20,000 bases of DNA from an uncultured virus (IMG/VR IMGVR_UViG_3300032242_002374) (Duplodnaviria > Heunggongvirae > Uroviricota > Caudoviricetes): the IMG/VR virus record IMGVR_UViG_3300032242_002374. One strand, given 5' to 3'. Of this stretch, positions 8,700-17,072 are shown in pieces. Within the stretch, counting starts at the first letter, position 1, and each line of letters begins with the position of its first letter. The translations under genes were made by a program, and so were the position numbers. Below the pieces are notes generated by a model. That model was not told the origin of the DNA. It saw only the letters and a program-made list of their open reading frames with translations, and ran no database searches.

Positions 8700-9517
8700 A
8701 ACTCTGGTGTTATTAAATTTAATATTTCATCAACGTTTTCAAATCTACTAAAAAAGTCCATTACACACCATACTTTACAATACCTTTCTTTTTGCTTATT
8801 TTCGTCTTTTTCTGTAAATTTTAAAAAGCCACCATTCGCTCTGTCTTGTATTAATTTATGGTTTGCCCATTCGGTTGCTTTGTAAGATGTTTTTTTATCA
8901 AATGTAAATTTGAAAAGTTCCTTATTATTTGCAAAAAATTCATAAGATAAACTTAGCAAATCCGTGAACTCCCCTTTTTGTTTCCACTCATTCCATAATC
9001 CTTTTATTATTATCTTTTGGTTTTCCGCTTTCTGCTCTTTAGTTGGCTCTTTACTTTTTGCATCCTCTTCTAATTTAGCTTTATCTCTACGCATAATGGC
9101 ATCAGCTAATTTTGGCTTTTTATAATTTACATAAGCATTTAATACTTGAGATATAAATAATGGAGAAAGCATACCATAAAATTGTATATCAGTATCATAT
9201 TTTTGCATAATGAATAAGTTAAAAGCTAACTCATATTCTTTAGTAGTTAGTCCACCATAATTATTATGCACAAATTGTGTTGCTATAACAAGTTCTTCTT
9301 TATTGTTATAATCTTTAGGAACTCCTAAAAGCATTCTTGTTTTAGAAATATATTCTAATAAATCTGGCGTTGCCATATTAGATATTATTATGCCATTTGA
9401 AACTGCTATGGCAACTTCTTTTTCATTTGGTTCTGTCGTAAAGTCCGACAAGCACTTTTGCATCTGCGATTGTACTTGCAAATTTTGCGAAGTTGGTATC
9501 TGTTTTTGTAATTCCAT
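8693..9517 (-). CDS. Hypothetical protein, positionally a helicase-loader/replication accessory candidate
   Basis: 274 aa ORF overlapping the 3' end of the replisome-organiser gene; function is inferred from position only. Confidence 0.6.
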   Translation of the reverse strand: MELQKQIPTSQNLQVQSQMQKCLSDFTTEPNEKEVAIAVSNGIIISNMATPDLLEYISKTRMLLGVPKDYNNKEELVIATQFVHNNYGGLTTKEYELAFNLFIMQKYDTDIQFYGMLSPLFISQVLNAYVNYKKPKLADAIMRRDKAKLEEDAKSKEPTKEQKAENQKIIIKGLWNEWKQKGEFTDLLSLSYEFFANNKELFKFTFDKKTSYKATEWANHKLIQDRANGGFLKFTEKDENKQKERYCKVWCVMDFFSRFENVDEILNLITPELW

Positions 9518-9989
9518 TTAAGTAATTTTCAAATTTAGTTTTGCAAAATAGAGTAATAGGTCGTAAATAAATTTCATCTTTAGTACCTATCCATTGTTCT
9601 GTTTTTTTATCTATGACTATTTTAAAATCGGATGTTGTATATCCGTCTTTTATCCTTGCATAGATAAGTTCTTTATTTTTACCCTTAGCTTGAAATGTCG
9701 TTCCTGCTTTTTTATTAAGGTAATCAATAATACTTTGTACTACCTTTAGTTTATTTTCGTCTTCTTTCTCTATTATTTCAAAATCTTGCCGAAGGAGCTG
9801 TATGCCAAATTCATATACTTCTTTAATTTCACAGACTTTAGGGAAAGCCTTTATTTGTTTCTCTACAAAATCTTTATTATGAATTTCATCCACAAAGTTA
9901 GATAACCAATAAAACCATATTCGGCTATACAGCTTATCCTTTTCGGCAATTCTTTTAAAAAATATTTCTGGAATGACGATATTTCGCAT
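9423..9989 (-). CDS. Phage replication initiator / replisome organiser (Phg_2220_C-type C-terminal domain)
   Basis: IIDYLNKKAGTTF...ARIKDGYT..DFKIVIDKK..QW....YLRPITLF..KFENYLN. Confidence 0.85.
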   Translation of the reverse strand: MRNIVIPEIFFKRIAEKDKLYSRIWFYWLSNFVDEIHNKDFVEKQIKAFPKVCEIKEVYEFGIQLLRQDFEIIEKEDENKLKVVQSIIDYLNKKAGTTFQAKGKNKELIYARIKDGYTTSDFKIVIDKKTEQWIGTKDEIYLRPITLFCKTKFENYLNGITKTDTNFAKFASTIADAKVLVGLYDRTK

Positions 9990-10192
9990 TACGCTATGAT
10001 TTCATCTACTGTAACATCTAATGATGTTGCAATAATTCTTGCAGTTTCAAGTGTATAGTTTGTCTTTACGCCACAAACGATTCTTGATAAGTTTGCTTTA
10101 TCAAAATCTATGTTGTGTTTTTCTTTAATTGTTCTAATCAAATCTGATTGGAGCATCTTTTTTTCTATTAGTAATTGCTGGAGTTTTGTCAT
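9989..10192 (-). CDS. XRE/Cro-like helix-turn-helix regulator
   Basis: LQQLL.EKKM.QSDL...LSRIV.G...YTLETA..IA.SLDVTVDEI. Confidence 0.85.
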   Translation of the reverse strand: MTKLQQLLIEKKMLQSDLIRTIKEKHNIDFDKANLSRIVCGVKTNYTLETARIIATSLDVTVDEIIA

Positions 10193-10194
10193 TT

Positions 10195-10545
10195 TTAAAA
10201 TGTAATGTTTATGTTTAAGTTATCGAAATCTATGTGTACTGTTTCTGGCTGCATCATTTGATATGTGGATATACCAAATTTAGCGATATTACTATGTAGG
10301 CATTGAATTTTCCATTTATCTGTCGTTGCAGCAAATGTTACCTTATGAGCTACTTTATAATCAACGTAATTATGCTTATATGTAAACGAGCCTTTTACTT
10401 CTTTTGGTATTATTTGTAATTGGGCTTGATATTCTCTTTTATCAATATCAACATCCCATTCTACATATATATCCATTTCTGTATTAATTATTTCTATCTT
10501 GGCTTTTCTTATATAGCAAGTTGCTTCTAAAATTTTCGTAATCAT
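10195..10545 (-). CDS. Hypothetical protein (possible paralogue of 15653..16063)
   Basis: ORF track; start moved to ATG 10545, downstream of the promoter motif. Confidence 0.7.
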   Translation of the reverse strand: MITKILEATCYIRKAKIEIINTEMDIYVEWDVDIDKREYQAQLQIIPKEVKGSFTYKHNYVDYKVAHKVTFAATTDKWKIQCLHSNIAKFGISTYQMMQPETVHIDFDNLNINITF

Positions 10546-10550
10546 TTTTG

Positions 10551-10579
10551 CAAATATATAATGTTGATAACTAATACAA
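10551..10579 (-). promoter_or_regulatory. Bacteroidota housekeeping-sigma promoter
   Basis: TTG-N18-TATATTTG. Confidence 0.65.
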
Positions 10580-10825
10580 CGAATTAATTTTCCAGCAATC
10601 ACAATTTGAACACATTTCATTTCTATTTTCTGTTGGGCAATACTTTAAATCTACTTTTAGGTATATCATTTGTTTTACAATTTCGTAGTGCTTATTCAAG
10701 TCATTCCTTAGTTGAGTAGTTTCAGATGTATAAAACTTTATTAATGGATTTTTTTGCTCTATTGTTTTTGCTTTCTTTTCTAAGGCTTTAATCTTAGTCT
10801 TTATGCTCCTTACTTGAGGTTTCAT
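10571..10825 (-). CDS. Hypothetical protein with C-terminal Cys cluster
   Basis: ORF track; YCP......CSNCDCW. Confidence 0.7.
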   Translation of the reverse strand: MKPQVRSIKTKIKALEKKAKTIEQKNPLIKFYTSETTQLRNDLNKHYEIVKQMIYLKVDLKYCPTENRNEMCSNCDCWKINSLY

Positions 10826-10838
10826 TTTGTTTAGTGTG

Positions 10839-11072
10839 TTAGTTGATTTCTATTTTGTCGCCACCATCGTAATTGTTTAAAAAATTATTGTTTTCATCAA
10901 TAGAATCTTCCCAAGCTGCAAAAATAATTGTCTTAATAGGTTTAATAAATTCTAATTGAGTATAGGCTGGATATTGAGTTATTTTCTCTCTAATATGGTC
11001 TAACATATTTTTCATTCCTTTAAAATCATCTTCTATAATTTGAAGATATTTACCTTGTGTTTCTAAGTCCAT
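10839..11072 (-). CDS. Hypothetical protein
   Basis: ORF track. Confidence 0.7.
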   Translation of the reverse strand: MDLETQGKYLQIIEDDFKGMKNMLDHIREKITQYPAYTQLEFIKPIKTIIFAAWEDSIDENNNFLNNYDGGDKIEIN

Positions 11073-11112
11073 AGTTTTTTTTAAAATTGTTATAGAAAAA
11101 ATATTTAATATT

Positions 11113-11319
11113 TTAATCAGAAGTAATAAATACTTTTACTGTGTCACTATTTGAATAGAAGTTAACAAATTCAACAGTCATACTTGTTTCATCATCTTCG
11201 CCTATAAAATCATCTTCCAAAGAAGATATATTAATCCAATCACCTATTCTCGGAATTGCTGGTAATTCGATTTCACATTCTTTATCATTATCGGTATTAT
11301 AAAGCAATAATTTTATCAT
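11113..11319 (-). CDS. Hypothetical protein
   Basis: ORF track; IPRIGDWI motif, common in small phage beta proteins. Confidence 0.7.
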   Translation of the reverse strand: MIKLLLYNTDNDKECEIELPAIPRIGDWINISSLEDDFIGEDDETSMTVEFVNFYSNSDTVKVFITSD

Positions 11320-11324
11320 ATCTA

Positions 11325-11543
11325 TTAGGGTGTTTTAATTGTTATAAAATCTCCTTCGGTATTTATTGTTAGACTAAAGGTTTCTTTACAATCGCATTTA
11401 ACTTTTGTAATCCAGCTTTTATTTTTATTGATTCTGTTGCAATACTTATCATCATCATCTACAAATTCTTTATTGCAATGAGGACAACTAAATTTTGTAT
11501 TTGCAAAATCTATGAAGCCATTTGGTATTTGAAATCCTATCAT
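11325..11543 (-). CDS. Zinc-ribbon protein
   Basis: CPHC ... CDC motifs. Confidence 0.7.
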   Translation of the reverse strand: MIGFQIPNGFIDFANTKFSCPHCNKEFVDDDDKYCNRINKNKSWITKVKCDCKETFSLTINTEGDFITIKTP

Positions 11544-11872
11544 TATTTAATATATTGTGTTTCTAAGTTATTATCTCCTAAATGATGTCTTGGATAGGCA
11601 AGTATAAATTCTATTGGTCTCCAAACATCTTTTTTGATAAATCTTTTTAAAGTTTTTATTTTACCATTATGATTCAAAGTGGTTGTTACAGAATGTTCTA
11701 ATACATTGAATGTATAAAAAATATACCCATCTATTGTTAGTAATGTGCTTTTCTTTTTGAACGACACTTGCTCATTACTTTCATCAATTAAATTCCATCT
11801 ACGGTGTCCTGCAACAACCTTTATTCTTGTTAGCCTTTGTTGATTTGTTGATGATGAAAATTTAAAAGCCAT
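11543..11872 (-). CDS. Hypothetical protein
   Basis: ORF track; TAATG overlap with the next gene. Confidence 0.7.
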   Translation of the reverse strand: MAFKFSSSTNQQRLTRIKVVAGHRRWNLIDESNEQVSFKKKSTLLTIDGYIFYTFNVLEHSVTTTLNHNGKIKTLKRFIKKDVWRPIEFILAYPRHHLGDNNLETQYIK

Positions 11873-11877
11873 AAATT

Positions 11878-12045
11878 TTATATAATCGCTGTTAAATATT
11901 TATGGATTTCATTTACTCGTACATATTCATTAACATCTTCATAAGAAGAAAAAAGAATCATATTAAAATCACTATCTGAAACCAATAAGTGTGAAGGTTC
12001 TCCATCGCACTCTTGTTGTAGTATTTGAATTATTATTATTCTCAT
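11878..12045 (-). CDS. Small hypothetical protein (55 aa)
   Basis: Manual translation; ATGA overlap with the upstream stop; MRIIIIQILQQECDGEPSHLL...LTAII fills the gap. Confidence 0.6.
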   Translation of the reverse strand: MRIIIIQILQQECDGEPSHLLVSDSDFNMILFSSYEDVNEYVRVNEIHKYLTAII

Positions 12046-12320
12046 ATTTTATATTTTAACGATTCTTGTACTTCATCAACAACCCAATTTTGTTTCCTAT
12101 CTATTGGTATTGTGTAGTTAATTCCTTTTTGTACTATTTTACATACACGATAGTATTTAGGTTGGTCTAAAAGAAATAATAAGGAATAACCCCTAAGACT
12201 ATTTTCTGGGCAGTATTCACCAAATGATGATAGGCTTAGTATTTCGCCAACTTGTTCCATATCATTTGTTGGTTTAATTACTTCAAATTCCAAAATGGCT
12301 GTATAACGTTCTTTTTTCAT
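12042..12320 (-). CDS. Hypothetical protein
   Basis: ORF track. Confidence 0.7.
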   Translation of the reverse strand: MKKERYTAILEFEVIKPTNDMEQVGEILSLSSFGEYCPENSLRGYSLLFLLDQPKYYRVCKIVQKGINYTIPIDRKQNWVVDEVQESLKYKI

Positions 12321-12358
12321 TTTTTCTTGATTTTTTGATAACGTATTATTTATTTTAC

Positions 12359-12745
12359 TTAATCGTGTATGTTCCCTATGACTTCAAAATTATCATTAAC
12401 ATTTAGGTCTAAATCAAATGAATAATATACATCACTTGGGAAATTATAATTAAATGCAACGTACTTATAATTATCAAAAACTATAACAAAACCTTTTTCT
12501 TCTGGCTCTGTTGCTAATTTGTTTAATATAATATCTCCTTCAAATATTTTTACGGTATTCTTACCATTTTTAGAAGTATATTGACATACAGTAGATGGGT
12601 TCACTTCAAACCAATCTGGAGAATTAAGTGGGAAATCTTCTGTTCTTGGGAATATAAATACACTTCCGTCTATATGGTTTAAATCACCAGTAATCCATTC
12701 GTGTGGGCTATGTTTTCTTTTAGCCTTAAAAATAATTTCACGCAT
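12359..12745 (-). CDS. YopX family protein
   Basis: MREIIFKAKR...EWITGDL...TVCQYT...KIFEGDI...EVIGNIHD. Confidence 0.92.
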   Translation of the reverse strand: MREIIFKAKRKHSPHEWITGDLNHIDGSVFIFPRTEDFPLNSPDWFEVNPSTVCQYTSKNGKNTVKIFEGDIILNKLATEPEEKGFVIVFDNYKYVAFNYNFPSDVYYSFDLDLNVNDNFEVIGNIHD

Positions 12746-12757
12746 AGTTTTATGTTT

Positions 12758-13096
12758 TTATGATTCCTTTAAACTTAATCCCATTGATGTAAGCGTTTGT
12801 TCAATTTCCCTTAAAGATAAAATCCCCATCCATCTAATATTTAAAATATCTTTTTTGGTACAATTAACCAAATCAGATACTAAATCTATTTTAACAGAAC
12901 GTAAACAATTAGATGTACGAACTGTAAAGTCGAGTTCTTCTATTGATGTATTAAATATTTCATCTTTATCTTTATTTTCATTTAATTTTTTGATAGCAGT
13001 ATTTGTCATAAAGTTCAATATGTCATCAGGTATAGTATTTTTATTATCCATTTTTCTTATTTTACCATAAACATCCCAAATGTCTTTTTTTGTCAT
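12758..13096 (-). CDS. Stand-alone RNA polymerase alpha subunit C-terminal domain protein
   Basis: SIEELDFTVRTSNCLRSVKIDLVSDLV...DILNIRWMGILSLREIEQTLTSMGLSL matches the alpha-CTD consensus; no alpha-NTD. Confidence 0.9.
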   Translation of the reverse strand: MTKKDIWDVYGKIRKMDNKNTIPDDILNFMTNTAIKKLNENKDKDEIFNTSIEELDFTVRTSNCLRSVKIDLVSDLVNCTKKDILNIRWMGILSLREIEQTLTSMGLSLKES

Positions 13097-13491
13097 TTTA
13101 CTAATTTTTTAGTAGTTAATAATATCAATGCTATTAAAGCACTAGAAACAAATATTCCTTTTATATATGGTGCATACTTATCAGCAAACAATTCCTTTTC
13201 TGCATCTTCATAAGAAAATATGTCTTTGCCATTTTCTTTATTTACTGAATTATGTATATCAACAGTCCACCTAAATAAAGACTTCTTATTTTCGAGTGCA
13301 GGTGGATGTTGTTTAAACTTCTTTTCATAGTTGTACGCACAATTAGGGCAAGGCAGTACATCTTTCAACGATTCAAAGAATTTGTAATAATCAATTTTAT
13401 CTTGTTCGGTTGGGGCTTCTGGATATGACAACGCAACAAAGTGTATAAATCGCCAAGCCTCCTTACCCCATATCAAAGGACTATACCCCAT
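13093..13491 (-). CDS. Erv1/Alr family FAD-dependent sulfhydryl oxidase with C-terminal transmembrane helix
   Basis: P.IWG...W.FIH..A.SYP..P, LPCPNC (CxxC), W...IHNSVN...GK, followed by a hydrophobic tail. Confidence 0.92.
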   Translation of the reverse strand: MGYSPLIWGKEAWRFIHFVALSYPEAPTEQDKIDYYKFFESLKDVLPCPNCAYNYEKKFKQHPPALENKKSLFRWTVDIHNSVNKENGKDIFSYEDAEKELFADKYAPYIKGIFVSSALIALILLTTKKLVK

Positions 13492-13792
13492 CTGTATTTT
13501 TTTTACTTTCTATAATTTGAATTTCAAAATTCGCTACTGTGCCAGAAACCCAATCTTCTGTTACTTGTTCATCAAAAGCGTTATTTCTAAATTCTTCGCT
13601 TTCAAAAGAAATAGGTAGCTGCATTCTCCCTACACCTAATAATGGTATAAACGGAATGTTTACGACTAAAAAGTGTTTAGAGCTATCTTCATCAAATGCT
13701 TTAGTTATGAAGACATCTATTTCTCCACCTACTTTAGAAATAGTTTTAAATGTTTTTGTGATGTTGTTGTTTGCGAGTAATGTCGTTTGCAT
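13481..13792 (-). CDS. Hypothetical protein
   Basis: ORF track; overlaps the start of the Erv1-like gene. Confidence 0.7.
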   Translation of the reverse strand: MQTTLLANNNITKTFKTISKVGGEIDVFITKAFDEDSSKHFLVVNIPFIPLLGVGRMQLPISFESEEFRNNAFDEQVTEDWVSGTVANFEIQIIESKKNTDGV

Positions 13793-13809
13793 ATTATTTG
13801 TTTAATTTT

Positions 13810-14037
13810 TTAATCTCTTTTTATTTCTGACAATTCCATATCTGACAACCAACGAAACAAAAATTCTCTTGACCATTTTATTGGAGCATAAAAAACGGCT
13901 GATAGATTATCATAACTTTTGTAATCAACAGTTACTTCCCATTTTTCTTTACCTTGAATAAAATCTTGATATACACAATCATAGGTTGCCATATTTGTTT
14001 CAAACTTGAAACTTGGTTGTTGATGTTTATTTGTCAT
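13810..14037 (-). CDS. Hypothetical protein
   Basis: ORF track; ATG 14037 preferred as start. Confidence 0.65.
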   Translation of the reverse strand: MTNKHQQPSFKFETNMATYDCVYQDFIQGKEKWEVTVDYKSYDNLSAVFYAPIKWSREFLFRWLSDMELSEIKRD

Positions 14038-14569
14038 TTGATTTTGAATTTTCAATAGAATTATTTATTATAAAAGAAATAGTACCTTTACTTTTAATTC
14101 CAGTTTCTGTCATTATCTGTTTATAAGATAAACCTTCCTTGTGCATATTTATTATTTTTTCGTGGTCGTGTTTCTTTGGGGATGCTTTTGTAGCAGCAGC
14201 TATACGAACCTCTTCTTTTTTTGACATTTGAGCCTCTGAAAGTGTTCCTATGCAGATATTGTCTTCACTAAAATTTTTCAAATCTCCGTCTTTGTGATAA
14301 ACAAACTTATCATTTTCAAATATTTCGTTTCCAAATTTTTTGTAGCCAACAAACCTAGCAACATTTACTTTACCATTTTGCCACTTACCATTTTTAACAC
14401 CTGTCCTTACAGAGAACGATAAACGCCCATTATCTTCTTGTTGTATTGCTCTTGGCTTACCACTAAAGGGTGATATTACTTCTCCGTTAATAACTTTATA
14501 GCCCTTTTCGTGTGCTATAATAATAGAATTGTTTCTTGATGAAAATTCTTTTTTCATATTATAATTCAA
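14027..14569 (-). CDS. HNH-endonuclease-like protein with C-terminal HTH, probably degenerate
   Basis: VARFVGYKKFG...VYHKDGDLKNFSEDNICIGT..EA; C-terminal GLSYKQIM...GI.SKGTISFII HTH. Confidence 0.75.
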   Translation of the reverse strand: MNYNMKKEFSSRNNSIIIAHEKGYKVINGEVISPFSGKPRAIQQEDNGRLSFSVRTGVKNGKWQNGKVNVARFVGYKKFGNEIFENDKFVYHKDGDLKNFSEDNICIGTLSEAQMSKKEEVRIAAATKASPKKHDHEKIINMHKEGLSYKQIMTETGIKSKGTISFIINNSIENSKSNDK

Positions 14570-14900
14570 TTTTTAGTTCTTCATTCATTCTAAAATAAAA
14601 TATGTTTTGTAGATGATGCAAACCAGTAACTTCAATTTGACTTACATACTCTATCCAAATATCATTGATGTAATTTACTTGCAACCCTCTTAAATTAAAA
14701 CTTGGAAAACATTTGAAATTTAGTTTTTGTAAGCCACCAAACTTCAATAGCAATTCTTCTGATAGTGGTATATAATTATAAATACCCCTATGATGATAAA
14801 TAGCTTCTAACACTTGAAATGTTACTTCTACCATTCTATTATGTTCGTTATAAACATAATTACCAATCCTTAAATCTTTATAATTTACCATATTTCTCAT
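14559..14900 (-). CDS. Phage hypothetical protein
   Basis: DLRIGNYV...IPLSEELLLKFG...LHHLQNIFY...EEL, a recurrent Bacteroidota-phage pattern; start moved to ATG 14900. Confidence 0.8.
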   Translation of the reverse strand: MRNMVNYKDLRIGNYVYNEHNRMVEVTFQVLEAIYHHRGIYNYIPLSEELLLKFGGLQKLNFKCFPSFNLRGLQVNYINDIWIEYVSQIEVTGLHHLQNIFYFRMNEELKIEL

Positions 14901-15264
14901 TGTAGTATTTTTCTGCTGCGATAGTTGCATCTTCAATAGTGATATAATTTTCGCCAATTAGATAGGCAAATACAAAAGCATCAATTATATTTTTCTTTTG
15001 AAGAGCCATAGGCTCACCTTTACTATCAAAAGTTTCTTCAAACCATTCGTCAACATCACATAAGGCTATAATTTCTACACCTCTTTTATCCATAGCCTCT
15101 ACTCCAGCATCGTATGATTTATAGATACATTGTTTTTCGTATGGCAATAATGATTCAGCATCTTTTATAATTTCGCTTATTACGTTTCTTACAGTATCAT
15201 CTTCATTATTTGCATAATTACTATACTGTGAAATTAATTTTTGTATTTGTAAAGGTGTTTGCAT
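14878..15264 (-). CDS. Phage hypothetical protein with internally repeated module
   Basis: EKQCI..SYDAG...EWFEETF followed by QKKNIIDAF...EKYYNEKY. Confidence 0.7.
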   Translation of the reverse strand: MQTPLQIQKLISQYSNYANNEDDTVRNVISEIIKDAESLLPYEKQCIYKSYDAGVEAMDKRGVEIIALCDVDEWFEETFDSKGEPMALQKKNIIDAFVFAYLIGENYITIEDATIAAEKYYNEKYGKL

Positions 15265-15653
15265 TAGTTTAAATATTTAAAAGTAAAGTCTTTGTGTTTT
15301 CTATTACCATTTGCACAATGGCAAATATGAGAACGACTTATTTGTAAATAGATTGATGCTTCTCCCAAAGAATCGTATATTTCGGTATTGCCATAAGTAT
15401 CAGTAACTAGAACTTTTTTTTCAAGCCCCCTTTTAGCAATAGGCTTCGCAATTTTTTGCAATATTTCATTAGCATAGTCTGTATCTTCATAAGCAAATGA
15501 AACGCCTTTAACTTGTCTATAAGTACCTTTCAAAACTTTGAATATGCTTGTGACATCTTTTATATTCAAATGAATAGAAGCATCTGTTAGGCTTTCATAA
15601 GAAAACCATTTTTTAGTCTTAATTACATAAGCTACAATAGGTCTCTTAGTCAT
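15264..15653 (-). CDS. Double NUMOD1-type DNA-binding protein lacking a nuclease domain
   Basis: Two repeats: YESLTDASIHLNI...I.KVLKG....VKGVSFAY and YDSLGEASIYLQI...ICHCANG......FTFKY. Confidence 0.75.
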   Translation of the reverse strand: MTKRPIVAYVIKTKKWFSYESLTDASIHLNIKDVTSIFKVLKGTYRQVKGVSFAYEDTDYANEILQKIAKPIAKRGLEKKVLVTDTYGNTEIYDSLGEASIYLQISRSHICHCANGNRKHKDFTFKYLN

Positions 15654-16063
15654 TAGCTTAGTTTAATACATTCACCCAATTCAATATATACATAATTAAT
15701 CAAAAAAGTACCATCTGGGTGGAATGTAACATCGTTCTCTATTTTCCAATCTGTGTTGGTACTATCAATAGATATAGAACCACTAATAGTATTGTTAGAA
15801 TATTCTTTACCCCCAGACTTAATTAAGGCTTCTTTATCCGAATCTGTCAATTCCTCGCAATCAACTTCCCAATCTATATTGCTAGTTATCTTTTTTATAA
15901 AACAATCAATAGACTTTATTCCCCATTCTTTTAGATTAAGATTCAATTCGTATTCTATTGTTACGCTTGTTTTGTCAACATAAATATCAATAAAATTGCT
16001 AACGTTTAAGAACTTATTTATTCTGTAAACTTCTGCATCATCAACTGTTATTTTAAAATTCAT
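15653..16063 (-). CDS. Hypothetical protein
   Basis: ORF track; first gene after a promoter motif. Confidence 0.75.
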   Translation of the reverse strand: MNFKITVDDAEVYRINKFLNVSNFIDIYVDKTSVTIEYELNLNLKEWGIKSIDCFIKKITSNIDWEVDCEELTDSDKEALIKSGGKEYSNNTISGSISIDSTNTDWKIENDVTFHPDGTFLINYVYIELGECIKLS

Positions 16064-16081
16064 ATTTATTTATTTGTTGCA

Positions 16082-16112
16082 CAAAAATACAATGCTTTTT
16101 AATACAAACAAA
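16082..16112 (-). promoter_or_regulatory. Bacteroidota housekeeping-sigma promoter
   Basis: TTTG-N19-TATTTTTG, intergenic. Confidence 0.75.
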
Positions 16113-16220
16113 ATTTATTTTTTAAAATGGTATAAAATTATTTAGCTTTTCCCACATCCATATTAAAAGTGTTGATTTTATTGATAATCCAGAAGATGTT
16201 CCACATATATACGTTAGCTG

Positions 16221-16499
16221 CTATACTACTTGCCTAAAATTTTTAAATAAATTTTTTGGTCTTTTTTGAATTTCTACTCCTTTACTTCCATTATCCCAAT
16301 AGAAATAAACATATTGGTTAGTTCTTTTATTTATCTGAACATCCCAATCAATATATGGTTCAAGCGATGTATCAACAGCATCAAATGAGATAGTAGCTAA
16401 AGTTATTTTATGATTTTTTACAATCTTAGATGATTGTAAATTATTGTATGGTGGTTTATTTCTACCATCATAATATTTTTCAACATTAATTATTTCCAT
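16221..16499 (-). CDS. Cassette gene 1, hypothetical (92 aa)
   Basis: ORF track; the TAG stop lies inside the flanking inverted repeat 16213-16226. Confidence 0.75.
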   Translation of the reverse strand: MEIINVEKYYDGRNKPPYNNLQSSKIVKNHKITLATISFDAVDTSLEPYIDWDVQINKRTNQYVYFYWDNGSKGVEIQKRPKNLFKNFRQVV

Positions 16500-16540
16500 A
16501 ATTTTTATTTTGACAATTACTAATTTATTTACCGTACAGC

Positions 16541-16680
16541 AGCCAACATTAGGTTTGGCGTTATGGTGGGGCTTGATGAATCCGCTATCATCTGTAAATC
16601 ATTATTCATCATTTGTACATTTTGCTATTCGGCAGTTGGAAGTCTATTTCCCCAACTGCTTCAATACTTTTTCGTTGCAC
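16541..16680. repeat. attC-like site A
   Basis: AGCCAAC attagGTTTGGCGTTATGGTGGGG ... CCCAACTGCTTCAATACtttttc GTTGCAC. Confidence 0.7.
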
Positions 16681-16699
16681 GTTACTTTAGGACACAACG

Positions 16700-16882
16700 C
16701 TAATTCATACATAGCCAAAAGAATTTTACTGTTATATCGAATTCCATTTTGCAATAAATATGTGTTTGATGTAGCATTCTAAATGGTATTTGTTTGGCTG
16801 CTGATATATCTAACCAATTTTGACTTTTATAATCAAGCATTGGTTTTTTTTCTTTTTTTACTTTTATTTTTTTCTGTTTCAT
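16700..16882 (-). CDS. Cassette gene 2, basic hypothetical protein (60 aa)
   Basis: MKQKKIKVKK...WLCMN from ATG 16882 with an A-rich leader; the longer track ORF merely reads through site B. Confidence 0.6.
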   Translation of the reverse strand: MKQKKIKVKKEKKPMLDYKSQNWLDISAAKQIPFRMLHQTHIYCKMEFDITVKFFWLCMN

Positions 16883-16924
16883 TTTTTTTATTTTGTGTCC
16901 TCGTCCTGTTGGACGAAAAGCAAC

Positions 16925-17055
16925 GTGCAACATATGGTTTGCAGCAATAAAAGCTGACGAACAAAGCCAAGCTATAAACCATATTCCCGACATCAGGAAA
17001 ATGGTCGGCTGCATCAAGTCAATTCTTTTACTGCTTCAAGCCTTTTCGATTGGGC
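16925..17055. repeat. attC-like site B
   Basis: GTGCAAC atatGGTTTGCAGCAATAAAAG ... CTTTTACTGCTTCAAGCCttttcg ATTGGGC; the arms are complementary. Confidence 0.75.
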
Positions 17056-17072
17056 GAAAAATTGCACCTTAA

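Noticed and set aside
5762..15983. Plus-strand ORFs 5762..5950, 8521..8751, 8643..8885, 12855..13070, 13539..13805 and 15753..15983
   Set aside because: Antisense shadows overlapping better-supported minus-strand genes.
16510..16782. Plus-strand 90 aa ORF, and the N-terminal extension of 16700..17017
   Set aside because: Both read through attC-like palindromes; likely spurious frames.
16793..16803. TTTGGCTGCTG resembling the gene 1 core site
   Set aside because: A short match inside coding sequence, lacking the G of GTT and any palindrome body; probably chance.
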